From Azolla caroliniana (taxonomy: Eukaryota > Plantae > Polypodiophyta): a stretch of 64,000 bases of DNA. The stretch is from contig JBHGNT010000012.1 of assembly GCA_043228905.1 (NCBI GenBank), positions 15,004,001 through 15,068,000 on the forward strand, written 5' to 3'. The notes under the pieces were generated by a model. That model saw only the letters and a program-made list of their open reading frames with translations, had not been told where the DNA came from and made no database searches. Both the position numbers and the translations under genes were made by a program. Of this stretch, positions 12,171-23,378 are shown piece by piece (within the stretch, counting starts at the first letter, position 1; the number at the start of each line of letters is the position of its first letter).

Positions 12171-15100
12171 TCACAACTTCTCTTCTACTGGGTGTGATAA
12201 ACTCCAGAGCATAATGCTTGCTGTTAGGGTTAGTATCATTTTCGGCCGAACCTGAAACCGATAAAGAGTTTTAACATATTCTTCGTAAGGAATCAGCTTT
12301 GGAAATGGTGAACCTAAAAGTTTCAAATGCTCATTTAAACACACGTTGTGAGTTCAAATATCTGAAGCCAATTCAGGTGGGAAAAAAAAAAAGCACCCTT
12401 ATGTTTCATGTTCAGTTCAAATTTCTGAAACCAATTCAGCAGAAAAAGAAGCACTATTATGTTTTATGTTTGTATCAAGCAAAAAAAAGAAAAATCCCTT
12501 CAACCAAACAAAAGTTTCTGTAGAGTTTTTTGTATGGAAAAGGATTTTACTACCTCAACAATATCATCCCATAACAAAAAGACAGAACATCCAAGCTTCC
12601 TCGCTACGCTGATGATATAGTTTGCATTCTGCTTCTTCTCTTCATCTTTGGAGAAACAAAAAGGAAGATCAATTTGTATATTTGTTTATTTACTTTGATT
12701 TTTATGATTTATTCTTTTCAGTTCTGTTTTGGGAGAGCATATACCAGTCTCCCCCTTTGTTACAAGGCTAGAGTTCACTACTCGAGGTTCCACAGCTTCG
12801 AGGAGATCAAGGAAGAATACACCACTTGACAGACTTTTATCCTGGAAACCACACAAAAATTAGGATTAATGTCTGTGTATGCAAGTATGTGTGTATATCT
12901 GCATGTATATACATATATATATGTGCGTATACATGTATGGATGTACATTGTGTCCATACAATGTATGTCTTATAGATATGTCTGTATATGACGTCCATAC
13001 AATGCATGTATATATACTGTATGCATTGAATGTACTAGTTGAGCAGAAATATATGTATGTATATACTATGTACAAGGTATACACCTACATAGGTATCTAT
13101 GCACCTACAGATATATGCATGTGTGAGCATGCATATTGGTATAGATGCAATACACCTCTTTTTGTTGAATTTATGCATGTGTTGTGTGTACATGTGAAAT
13201 GCAATGCGTATGGATGGAGCATGCATCTTTGACATACATATGTACACATGCATCCAGTCATCTAATGTTTGTGTGTATTATATTCAAACTCCAATGTACC
13301 TTGAAACTCTCCATGCAGGAAGATTTTTCTGCATTCTTTACAGTTTCATTTGCCCATAGAATAATGTCAGCATCTGAGATTTCTTTGTTACCATGAAATT
13401 TCAAATTCTCAAGAAGCTGTAGCATATTACGCCGCATCAGTTGCCACAGAAAAGCTGAAAAGGAAAACTAGACAATTCAAAGCTTGAAAAAGCTCTGTAC
13501 CATCATTATGAAAGGAAAAATAAACACATCATATTCATTTAAACCATTAGTATATATTAATAATATATCATGAGCTATTAACAATTATATAGACTTCATA
13601 CCTAATACCAGCTTTTTGTTTCCTTGGACAAAGTCATTGCCAGCAACATTAACAAGGGAAAATCTGAGCTGTTTTCCGATGCTGATAACTTGGTTACAAT
13701 TCTCAACCTTCTTGAAAGGCATTTTTATCGGTGGTTTGTTAGCTTGCTTCCAGTTGACAGAACCAGGAGAAACCTTGTCGAGAACCTCCAATAGAACCCA
13801 CCTAAATATCCATAAAAAATAGTTCAATATACAGTATACCTTATCACCGTTAACAAAAGGGTTGCCCAAGTGACATAATGCATTGGGAAAAACACCAGTA
13901 TACCCCTAAGTTTTCAAAAATGATCAGAATACTCCTCTCATTCCAGCATACCCTAAGTTCTCACTAGAATACTCCTGGGTTTTCAAGCTGTGGCAGAATA
14001 TCCCTAAGTTTTCAGAAATTCCCTGAATACCCTCCCAAAAGTCTTATCATCATCCGCAAGAAAAGAGGGTGGAGTAAAAAAATGCATTGAGCTTAACATA
14101 GACGTTCCTAGCTTTTCAGACATTTGCTAGAATATCCCTAAGTTTTCAGATAGTATTGGAATACCCCTCTAGGTTTTAAAAAACATTTCATCAATAGTCT
14201 TATCACCACCCACAAGAAAAAAGGTTGGAGTGATATACATGGGTAATGTTTTGTTATAGTGACAACATCAGGGGTTCGAGTGATATAATGCATGGGGAAT
14301 GGTTTGTCTAATGCATTTAAGCATGAAAACACTTGAATTGGCTGGTAAAAGAAGAAGCCAATCTCCACCGAACCAAAACCTCGGAATCATTATAGCTTGC
14401 AACGTACCCGTCTTTAACACCATTGAAGAGATCATGTACGAATGTGTCAATACCAAGACTGTTGATCCACATCCGGAAAGCTCGTTCATCCCTTGAATCT
14501 TGTTCATCATCCATTATCATTTCTGCATAGGAATACTTGTTGGACAGTCCATTTCTGTTTGCAGTATCATAAGAAGGCAATATGATCACGAAAAAAAAAT
14601 TATTTATATAAAATAATGTGTTAATTAATTAATTAATATAAAATGTTGTGTTAATTAATGAATATAAAATGTTGTGTTAATTAATGAACATAAAATGTTG
14701 TGTTGTTTACTCAAGTTAAAGGGGAATAGTGGCTTTCAAGGATTTTTTCCTTGCCCATTTTTAAAAGCTGTTACAAAAGAGGGAAATGTACGTGCAAAAG
14801 AGAATATTAAGCATTATCAATCATGTGAATCTTATAGAGGCAAGTAAAATAAAGCAGTAAGTTAGGAATATTGTACAAAGAATAATAAATTATTGCGACC
14901 TTGATTCATAAATTATTGTGGCCTTGATTCATAAGAGTTGCATTAGAAAAAGATGTTGAATGATCACTATGTTAAATCACATTTTGGGCTTCTCATATAT
15001 ATTTTCAAAAAGCAATATATATCCTCACCACAAGGAAAACATCAACAAAAAATTGTATCAAGAACTAGCTATAATCACACATATATACTAAAGAAGGCGC

Positions 15101-18100
15101 ATATATATATAGAAATTATTGGCATAAAAGACTTACCTTTCTTTAAATATATGAGCAACGAATGCAAGGTTTAGATTAGAAGATCCATCAACAATGTCTT
15201 TGGGCGAAAGATACATGCGGCACCCAATTTGTTCTGCTTGTGCTAGTACAAGTGTTGCCCTTTCTAAAGGTTCCTTAGATTCTAGTGGGCTAAGGTCACA
15301 GCTTTCTGGTGCTAATGCATTCAACAACACCACATATGCCTCTCCATCCTGTGGAATTTATTTCAGGAATAAAATTTTAATACAACACTTAGGGACAATC
15401 AGGAAAATAGTGAAAAACTTTGGACCGTAGCCCCACTAAAATATACATGTCTGAAAATCACACCAGGCCCAATAAGCCTTTAGAAACCCTCACCTTCAGA
15501 TCATTGGAGAAGTTTGAGACCGTCTTTTCATAACCAGCTTTCTGGAGTTGGAAATTCAACCATTGCAGAAGAACCTTGTCTGGTGGTAAATGCATTAGTT
15601 CTTCCATTTCCTGCCAATAATTCAATCCAAGATGATTGATCTATGGTGCAAAGTCAAATCATAACAAGAAGAGAATGTTTGGATAATCTAAAGTTTATCA
15701 TTATGTAACCCCCCATTATGATTATTACTAAACTTAGAAATCTATGTAAAATCTGCATGAAATCAATGTCTAATGTTTGTTTTCCCACCACCAAAACTCA
15801 GGAATCTACATGAATTAAAACCAATTGAAATAGATAATATCAAAAAAGTTCTAGGATTACATAATGGGAAAAGAAGATCAAACCTTTTTACTCTCCACAA
15901 TTTCCGCAAGTTGAGGGGTTTTCCTCAAGTTCAGGTCTGCTAATAGTTGTATCTGGGGCATACCAAGACAGATACAAAAAAATACGTGCCAATTAAGTAA
16001 CATTTTCTCATTCCAAATTAAACCATATAGAGACATACATATAAACGAGAAACACCTTGATTATTTGGGAAATTAATCCAAGAAGTAGATGAGCCTGTAT
16101 CATTAAGAAACAAATAACAATTGAAATTATCTCCAAATTAACTAAAAATGGATAGCATGATACCTTAGGTTCATATGTAATTTAAAGCTAGTTAAAAATA
16201 GTTATGGTTATGAAGAGGTAATCAGACAGGCATCTGCATTGATCTATGATGAATAAAAACTACAACTAAAACAGCAGCAAACTATCATGCTCAGGTGAAA
16301 TGAAGTACTTCTATCTCTAAGGTTTTGATAAAAAGAATCTCATGGATAATCTTACTATTCGTTAGTACTGTACCTTGTAGCAACTATGTTACTGACAATA
16401 CTATCCGTAAATCTCAAGTCTATCTGCTACACTTATCAATCAAATCAAGATAGCCAATCCATAAATCATGTGTCCATTCATACCTATATCTTATCAGATT
16501 GTTTACATTTATTCATCAAAGGAAATCAATATGCCCTCTATGTTAATTATTATGCCTCTATGTTAATTATTATGTATATTTCTGCTCTGATTGGCCGCTT
16601 CTTGGAAAGCTTTTCTCCCAGAAAGGCCCATATTCTTGTAAGTAGGTCCCAATTTGCTATTAAAAAAGAAAAATATTTTCAAGTTTCAAGGAATTTGATA
16701 TATACCCTTCCCTCAACAAGGTCTTCTGTACCAATGTTCACAACTGAGCAACCGATAGCTTTTGCTGAATTCAGGCACAAAGTATGGTTTTCATTCCTCT
16801 CCCATGGATTTAGTTGCTCCTTGACATTGATGGCACGTTCATCAATCGTCCCAGGGACTGCCAAGTTGATTAACTTGCTACAGAAATAATCATTGAATCA
16901 GCATTACAAACTACAACATTGGTATAAAATATGGGAGAATTTCTCTTTAATCGCTTAAATTTTAACCATACAGAGTATCAAAGATCATGCTTGAAGGCAC
17001 AAACACATCACATACTTATCATTTCCTCTTGACACAGACAAGGTTGTATGATGTATATCCAATTGCACAACCCAACCATATGCTATAGTTTCCACTCTAC
17101 ATTTTTGTACATGTAATTATGCCCCTGACTTTCTCTAAAAGTTTTGTGCACATTACCACTATCTTTTCCACTGATCTCCTCTTGTACATTTTTGCACATA
17201 ATGCTGCTATTTTATCCCCTCATTTCCACTCTAATCAAGTACCATTGTTTTCATCCCTAGTTAACACTCTACAGTTTTGCACACATTAACCACTATTTTT
17301 CCACGAGTTTAATCTCTACTTTTTTGCACATGTTCTCATTATTTATTAGTTGGGGTAAATATGGCTATGTAGTATACTTACCAAAGTAGGACACCATCTT
17401 TTGCAATGTTGAAGAGTTGATCAGTAGATGGATCGATTGGGAGGTTCTTTTTCATTACTGGATCATCCCGAAGATAGGCATTGATGTGATCGATATATGC
17501 TTTCTTTTCTGAATCACTAACAGTATGTACTAAAGTTGTGGCGGCTGCCTTCAAGAAAGCCCATGAGTTTCTTCGGGGATGTACTTTAGGATCTCCATTC
17601 TTTTGGAAGTGCAAATACATCTATAAAAACACTTCCTTTGGTAAAAAAACAAACTACTAAGATTGCAGAAGATAAGTTCAATTCTGGTTTTAACAAAACA
17701 TTCTATATCATAGATTACCTTCAGAAAAGACTCAAAATCAAGGCCAGTATCAGTGTTAATACCCTCGTGTTTCAAGATAGATTGAATCTGGTCAGATGAT
17801 ACAGGCCCATCCAATGCTTTCACTTTGATCAATCCAGATTCAAGATCAGATGCAGACATCAATCCATCAGGGCCTATCAAAGAGTCGAACTGATAACAAA
17901 CAAAAAGATACAAAGAATTCCGTCAACCAAAAACCAACATCATCTATGGTTAGCTTATCACAAAATGCAGGAAGACTGCTGTATACAGAAGATCAAATGA
18001 TGGTAAAGATAATATATGAACGAATGAAAATGAGAAATAAATATAACTCAGAATTTCAGACTGAATTCAACAAAATATCCATCATGATTTCAACAAAACA

Positions 18101-18980
18101 CATTCACCATATATAAGGAGAGATAGATTATTTCATTGATGGATGAATAGAAGGTTTCAATATGAAAGCCATGGATGATGAGGTAAATGGTTTCAATGGA
18201 AAAAAGAAAACCCATCCATCATACGTGGATATATAGACAATTTCACCATTAGTATGGATAGCTGAATAAATGATCTGAACAGAAAAGAAAAACCATCAAC
18301 AATGGATGGATGGATGATTTCAGCAGAATAAACCCATTGTCACATATGGATAGATGGATGATTTTCAAGGAAAGACTCATCACCATGGTTGGAAAGATTG
18401 ATGATTTCAATGGTAGTTCAGATGTGGATAGATGGATCATTTCTACGAAAACTTGCCATAGTGGAGTGATGGAAGAATAGAGATATGATTTCCATTAAAA
18501 TAATCTATCAACCTTATAGATGATTTCAACAAAAATACCCTTTATAAGATGGATAGATGGACGATTTCAACAAAAAAAAATTCATCATTTATATTGATAG
18601 GTAGATGATTTCCAACAAAAAATAGATAGATGATTTCAAGAAGAAAACTTTCATCATATATGAACGGATGGATTGACAGAAATTCAGATAAAAAAACAAT
18701 CACCACGTGTGTATAGATTGATAGATAAAAAGAGAGACCAAAACTGCACAAAGATCGGCTTATATGCAAAAGATTAAAAGGATGATTAAGATCCATAGGT
18801 TACAGATTAATGCATAACAAAACAAATCTTTTTACCCGTGATAGTAAAATCTTACAGAATCCATCGTAATCTGTTCAGAAAAAATAAGAATACCTGCGAT
18901 TTCAATTTTCGGAGCTCAAGCTGAGTGAATTGAGTGGAGAGGGAGAGATCACGGAGGACCACACCCCCAAAGGAAGCCAT
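12171..18980 (-). CDS. FIM: Fimbrin (plastin-family actin-bundling protein, 4 CH domains); 14 exons, 625 aa. Exons: 18894-18980, 17719-17889, 17382-17620, 16706-16877, 16056-16094, 15884-15952, 15494-15610, 15137-15348, 14408-14554, 13602-13801, 13300-13454, 12745-12841, 12554-12645, 12171-12251
   Basis: All introns GT-AG with consistent phase; CDS 1878 nt. Motifs [104 protein letters not shown]. Confidence 0.97.
13885..14235. mobile_element. One-ended Mutator-MITE-like remnant in fimbrin intron 9
   Basis: Starts gggaaaaacaccagtatacccct, similar to the TIR of the 19375 MITE; repeated agaatatccctaagttttcag motifs; no right TIR seen. Confidence 0.5.
18115..18730. repeat. Degenerate tandem repeat in fimbrin intron 1
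   Basis: Recurrent atggatagatggatgatttca-like units. Confidence 0.55.
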
Positions 18981-19214
18981 GGCCTGTCGATAAACCAGAG
19001 TTTCTTAGTCAGTTGCTTGGAAGCAAAGGTGCATGCATGGAATCAAAGGTCATGGAAGACTAACAAAAGATTGTATATACATGGAGAGAGAGAGAGAGAG
19101 AGACAATCAGAGGTAATGCAAAGAAATACATAGAAATACATTGAAATAGTAGAATGGAAATTGAGAGAACATTAGGAGAGGGGAAAGAGAAAAGGAAAGG
19201 CAAAATTTATTCTC

Positions 19215-19773
19215 TACATTACATACATTATTACATACATACATTACATACATACATTACATACATACATTACATACATTACATACATACATACATACAT
19301 ACATACACACACACATACATACATTATAATTACATTACTACATATATACATACATACATTTTATGTACTTACATGGAAAAAGTACTAGGATACCCCTGGA
19401 AGCTCGTCTATTTACCAGAATGCCCTTGGAAGTTCCAAATTTACCAAACTACCCCTATGTCCAAAAAAGTACACTTTATAACGTAATTATACAACTCAAA
19501 TCTTTGGTAAATACGGCTAGTTCGGGTCCATTTCTTCCATCTTTGGTAAATAGGGCTTGTAGATTTGAGTGTATAATTACTTTATAAAGTGTAATTAGAC
19601 GAACTTCCAGGGGTATCCTGGTACTTTTCCCTACTTACATTACTACATACATATGTACATACACACACACAAACAAAAACATGTGCTTGGAATATTTCTT
19701 ACCTCACATTTATTCTTTGGGCTCTTGTGGGTGTGGGTGTATATGTGTGTTTGTGTATGTATGTATGTATGTA

Positions 19774-19808
<35 letters not shown>

Positions 19809-19860
19809 CTGTGATTGTTGTGGGTGTGTGCGTGCCTATGTGTGTGTGTGTGTGTGTGTT
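19215..19860. repeat. (TACA)n/(TACAT)n and (TG)n/(TATG)n microsatellites upstream of fimbrin
   Basis: Visible simple repeats flanking the MITE. Confidence 0.9.
19375..19631. mobile_element. Mutator-like MITE, 257 bp, ~395 bp upstream of the fimbrin ATG
   Basis: ~40-bp TIR GGAAAAAGTACTAGGATACCCCTGGAAG.TCGTCTA / TAGACGAACTTCCAGGGGTATCCTGGTACTTTTCCC; perfect 9-bp TSD TACTTACAT; additional internal inverted repeat. Confidence 0.93.
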
Positions 19861-20420
19861 CCAGTTGAGAGGGTCCCCGTATCCACGACCGGAATGACCC
19901 AACCTTAAGACTGCTATACAAAACAGAGCAAAAGTGAAGCTCCCCATAGCTCAGGAATGCCCATATCCAAACCCTTTTTTGTCCATGGAGTACAAAAACC
20001 ATTGGTTCATCACAACAATCTAGGGCAAAAAGCATCTCTTCCTACTTAGTCTAGATTATTACACTAGAACAACGGGTATTTGAGTTGACATGCAAGGAGA
20101 AGCATGAAATGCTGAAACGGATTATGGCATCATTCAAATGAAGTGCTCATACGCAAAGGCATGTTGATGTGGCTTAAAAAAATCTCTCGTCACAAATAAA
20201 ATATGGGGCTAGTATCTTTTGGTTTAGTTTGTGTGTACAGAGTGTTACGGGCATGACCATATAATATCCCGTGGTGAGAATTGTCGTAGTATTCTATACA
20301 CGTGGATAAGTGTGAGGGTTAAACAAAGAGTCTAAAGAAGGGGAGGATTACTTTTAATCCTCGGGATTGAGACAACCCATGAGGCCAAGTGTGAACATGG
20401 CTGGGGGCCTTGAGAATTAC

Positions 20421-20428
20421 TATAAATA
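20421..20428 (+). promoter_or_regulatory. TATA box of chromovirus LTR
   Basis: TATAAATA at the same position in all five LTR copies that include this region. Confidence 0.7.
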
Positions 20429-22405
20429 AGAGGCCTAGCTACCCTCATTTCATCATGCATTGACTACGTCGAGACTCTGTCCGTGAGTGGAACGACTCTT
20501 GTAGCAAGCGCGCTATTGTCCAGGTACGACTCGACGCCAAGGCGGTGGTATGGGACGCCGATCGAGGCTCGAGTCCGTCTCGATCCCTTCGCTCGGGGGT
20601 GGTTGGGTGGATCGGCACCCTTCTTTCTCTCTTTTCTCTCTATTCTTTCTAGATCTATCATTGATATATCCTTATTTTATGCTTACTTTAGTACCTAATC
20701 TCTAATATTTGGTATCGGAGCCTATGTACTAACGTTTCTTTTGGTTTTCTTTTTGTCTTCGCGTGGGATGGCGATTGATCGTTGTGCGGTCACCTTCATG
20801 CAGACAAGGATTAGCGAAAGAACTTCGGTAAATTTTCCTTAATTTTTTATCTAATTTTTCTTCTCCCTTCTATACATGTGTATACTTAATATGTAGTTTT
20901 TTTTTCATATATTCAATGATGTTGACGTGGTATTTAATTGGTTATCTTAAACGTTTACATATGTCCACGAGGTCAATACCTCGTTTGACATATAAATCAT
21001 ATGTGATGAGTGTCGTATGCGTACGAGGTTACTACCTCAATTGCGTATTACGTTCACGAACATATGTTACGTTCGCGTACGAGGTCAATACCTCGATTCG
21101 TTCGAAATGATATGCGTTGGATTTACTATGCGTAAGAGGTCAATACCTCAATTGCGAATTACGCTTAACCTTATTTTCGGATGTTTCGTGTGCGTAGAGG
21201 TATATGCCTCGATTACGTATCCCGAATACATCATTGTTGGCTATATAAAAAAAACGATTCATTTAGTATACGCATATGTGGTCACTTATATACGTCTCTG
21301 ATCGTATATATGTGATATATTGACATATGTGTATATTTTAGATTACGTGATTCATATCAAATGTTTTCCTAATTGGGGAGAGGATTTTGGTGGCCGTCCT
21401 CACATTTTTGTGAGAATGGCGTTGTCACCATCCCTTTTATCAACAATTTTTATTGTTGAAATTCCCGTTGGTCACTTTGATCTTTCGTTACGTAACGAAC
21501 CTCGTATAGCCAAAATGATGTTGAATACGTCGGGCTTGATCCACATCAAGTAGGGTCGCTCTAATGACACACGTATCCAACATCTCCCCTCGTTACATGG
21601 ATACGATGCCACCATGAGCTCGTTCTTACGAGCGCCATTCGTAATGACGTGACCATGTGATGGGCCACATGAGCCTACGAAGACACAAGGGCTCATTCGG
21701 CTTGACCATTAGGTTACACTTTGGCATATGCCATTGTACTTACGAGGCTTGAGGGTAGGTAGCGTACAACCATAGTGGGTAATAAATGAGGGAGAAATAA
21801 GGCCACTTGACCTATATGTTTCTTTTAAAAAAAACATATAGGGGCAAATGCCTCGCATATCTCGAATACGCCTCAAACATTAAACATTCAAGACGCGCAA
21901 TCTACTTGGTTGGCTCAAGTGTTTAATGTATTTGTCCTCGAGGTCTCGAGTTCAAATATGACCAACATCATACAACATCGTTGATACATATGACTATAAT
22001 ACATGTTTAGACTTTAGGTCTAAGTGCACTTCGGGGTCCTCGTAATAGGACTTAAAGAGCCGAAACCACATATGTGGGCACAGAAACATAGTTATTGTTA
22101 ACATTTTTTTCGTGTATAAACTATTCATGACGCGAACATACATGGTTGAGCCTCGGGGAGCCGCCATGAAAAAAATCGATATAGAGATCAGGGAAAGGCA
22201 TTCATTTGTCACCCCCATGGTTTTTAAAACACCTCTGTGTTACCATAGTAACCTGATCTTGAACCTCATCTCATACGTCTAGAGGGGTATTGACGTGAGA
22301 TCATGATATCGATTAATGTTTGCCCATGATATGTTTACACCACGACAAGATGTTATGACTATTTGTCTGACCTTATCTTATTTCTTTGCCAGAAATAATC
22401 ATTCA

Positions 22406-23353
22406 ATGGCTCAGAATAACGACCCGATGCCCTCCGCTCAAGCGGAAAGAACTCAAGGAAATCCTCCTGGGACAATGTCCATTGAGGCGTATATTTTACA
22501 AGTACAACATTTCCTTAGTTCAACCGCGCAGCAGTTGACCGAATTTCGGCAATCTCAAAGTGCTCTCGAGGCACGAGTCATTAGTCTCCAAAATGAGATT
22601 AATAGACCTGATGAGCGTCAGGGTGAACCATCATTTGTCGTAAAGCCATTTACGGGAGATAAAAAGGAAAGAACCGAAGAAGCAATCTGCACGTGGCTGG
22701 GCCGATGGGAGTCTCATTTTGAGCTCTATCCCACGCCAGATAGTACGAAGATTGCATATGTCGGCCGAGAACTAGGGGGTAAGGCCGCCGCTTGGTGGCG
22801 TGGGCTCCGAACTTTGGGGAGATTGCCCGAGACCTGGACAGACTTTGTCACAGTTTTCAAGGGTCAATTTCTACAACCTCCCTCTCGAACCGAGGCAGCA
22901 CAAGCTTTAATGAACCTCTCTAGCAGGAAGTTTTCCTCGCTAGAAGACTATGTCCACCATGCTAGAACCCAAATCCAAAAATCGGGTCTAGAAGGGGACA
23001 ATTGGTTAATAGCTTGTTTTGTCAATGGCATCCCCAATTCGGACTATCACTGGATAGTGCACGATAAGGATCCAAAATCCTTCGAAGAGGCCGTTGAGAT
23101 AGTTCTTCGCTATCAACGCACTTCGAAGAAGGACCATAACAAACCCAACGAAGCGCCCGGGACTAAGCAGTCGCAATTCGCTGGGAAACGCAAGACACCC
23201 AACGAATTCATGGATCGCGATTATAAGCGACAACATCCTTTTTGCCTATTCTGCAAAAAGAAGGGTCATACAAAAGAGCAATGTCGTAAGCTCCAACGAA
23301 AAGAGCACGACGCCAAACCTAAAGCTACAGACCATAAAAGGTCAGATTCCTAA
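22406..23353 (+). CDS. Gag (copy 1) with CCHC zinc knuckle
   Basis: AAAWW..TWTDF gag motif; [14 protein letters not shown]; start chosen by alignment with the copy-2 ATG at 33036. Confidence 0.9.
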   Translation: MAQNNDPMPSAQAERTQGNPPGTMSIEAYILQVQHFLSSTAQQLTEFRQSQSALEARVISLQNEINRPDERQGEPSFVVKPFTGDKKERTEEAICTWLGRWESHFELYPTPDSTKIAYVGRELGGKAAAWWRGLRTLGRLPETWTDFVTVFKGQFLQPPSRTEAAQALMNLSSRKFSSLEDYVHHARTQIQKSGLEGDNWLIACFVNGIPNSDYHWIVHDKDPKSFEEAVEIVLRYQRTSKKDHNKPNEAPGTKQSQFAGKRKTPNEFMDRDYKRQHPFCLFCKKKGHTKEQCRKLQRKEHDAKPKATDHKRSDS

Positions 23354-23378
23354 TGTCCTTCAGGTCTATACACATCAT

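Noticed and set aside
18851-18875. Extra fimbrin micro-exon (GTAAG donor at 18855)
   Set aside because: Preceding intron would be only ~22 nt; exon 1 already joins exon 2 in frame
20955-21235. CRISPR-like repeat-spacer array
   Set aside because: Core is only 14 bp, spacers are related to each other and fold into stems, no cas genes, and the context is a eukaryotic retrotransposon
21905-21968. tRNA/SINE head in the chromovirus leader (TGGCTCAAGTG...GAGTTCAAAT)
   Set aside because: A-B spacing is only ~39 nt and the segment is explained as a simple hairpin; no cloverleaf
20710-22400. Hammerhead ribozyme (retrozyme-like) in the leader
   Set aside because: No CTGANGA...GAAA core with flanking stems found by eye
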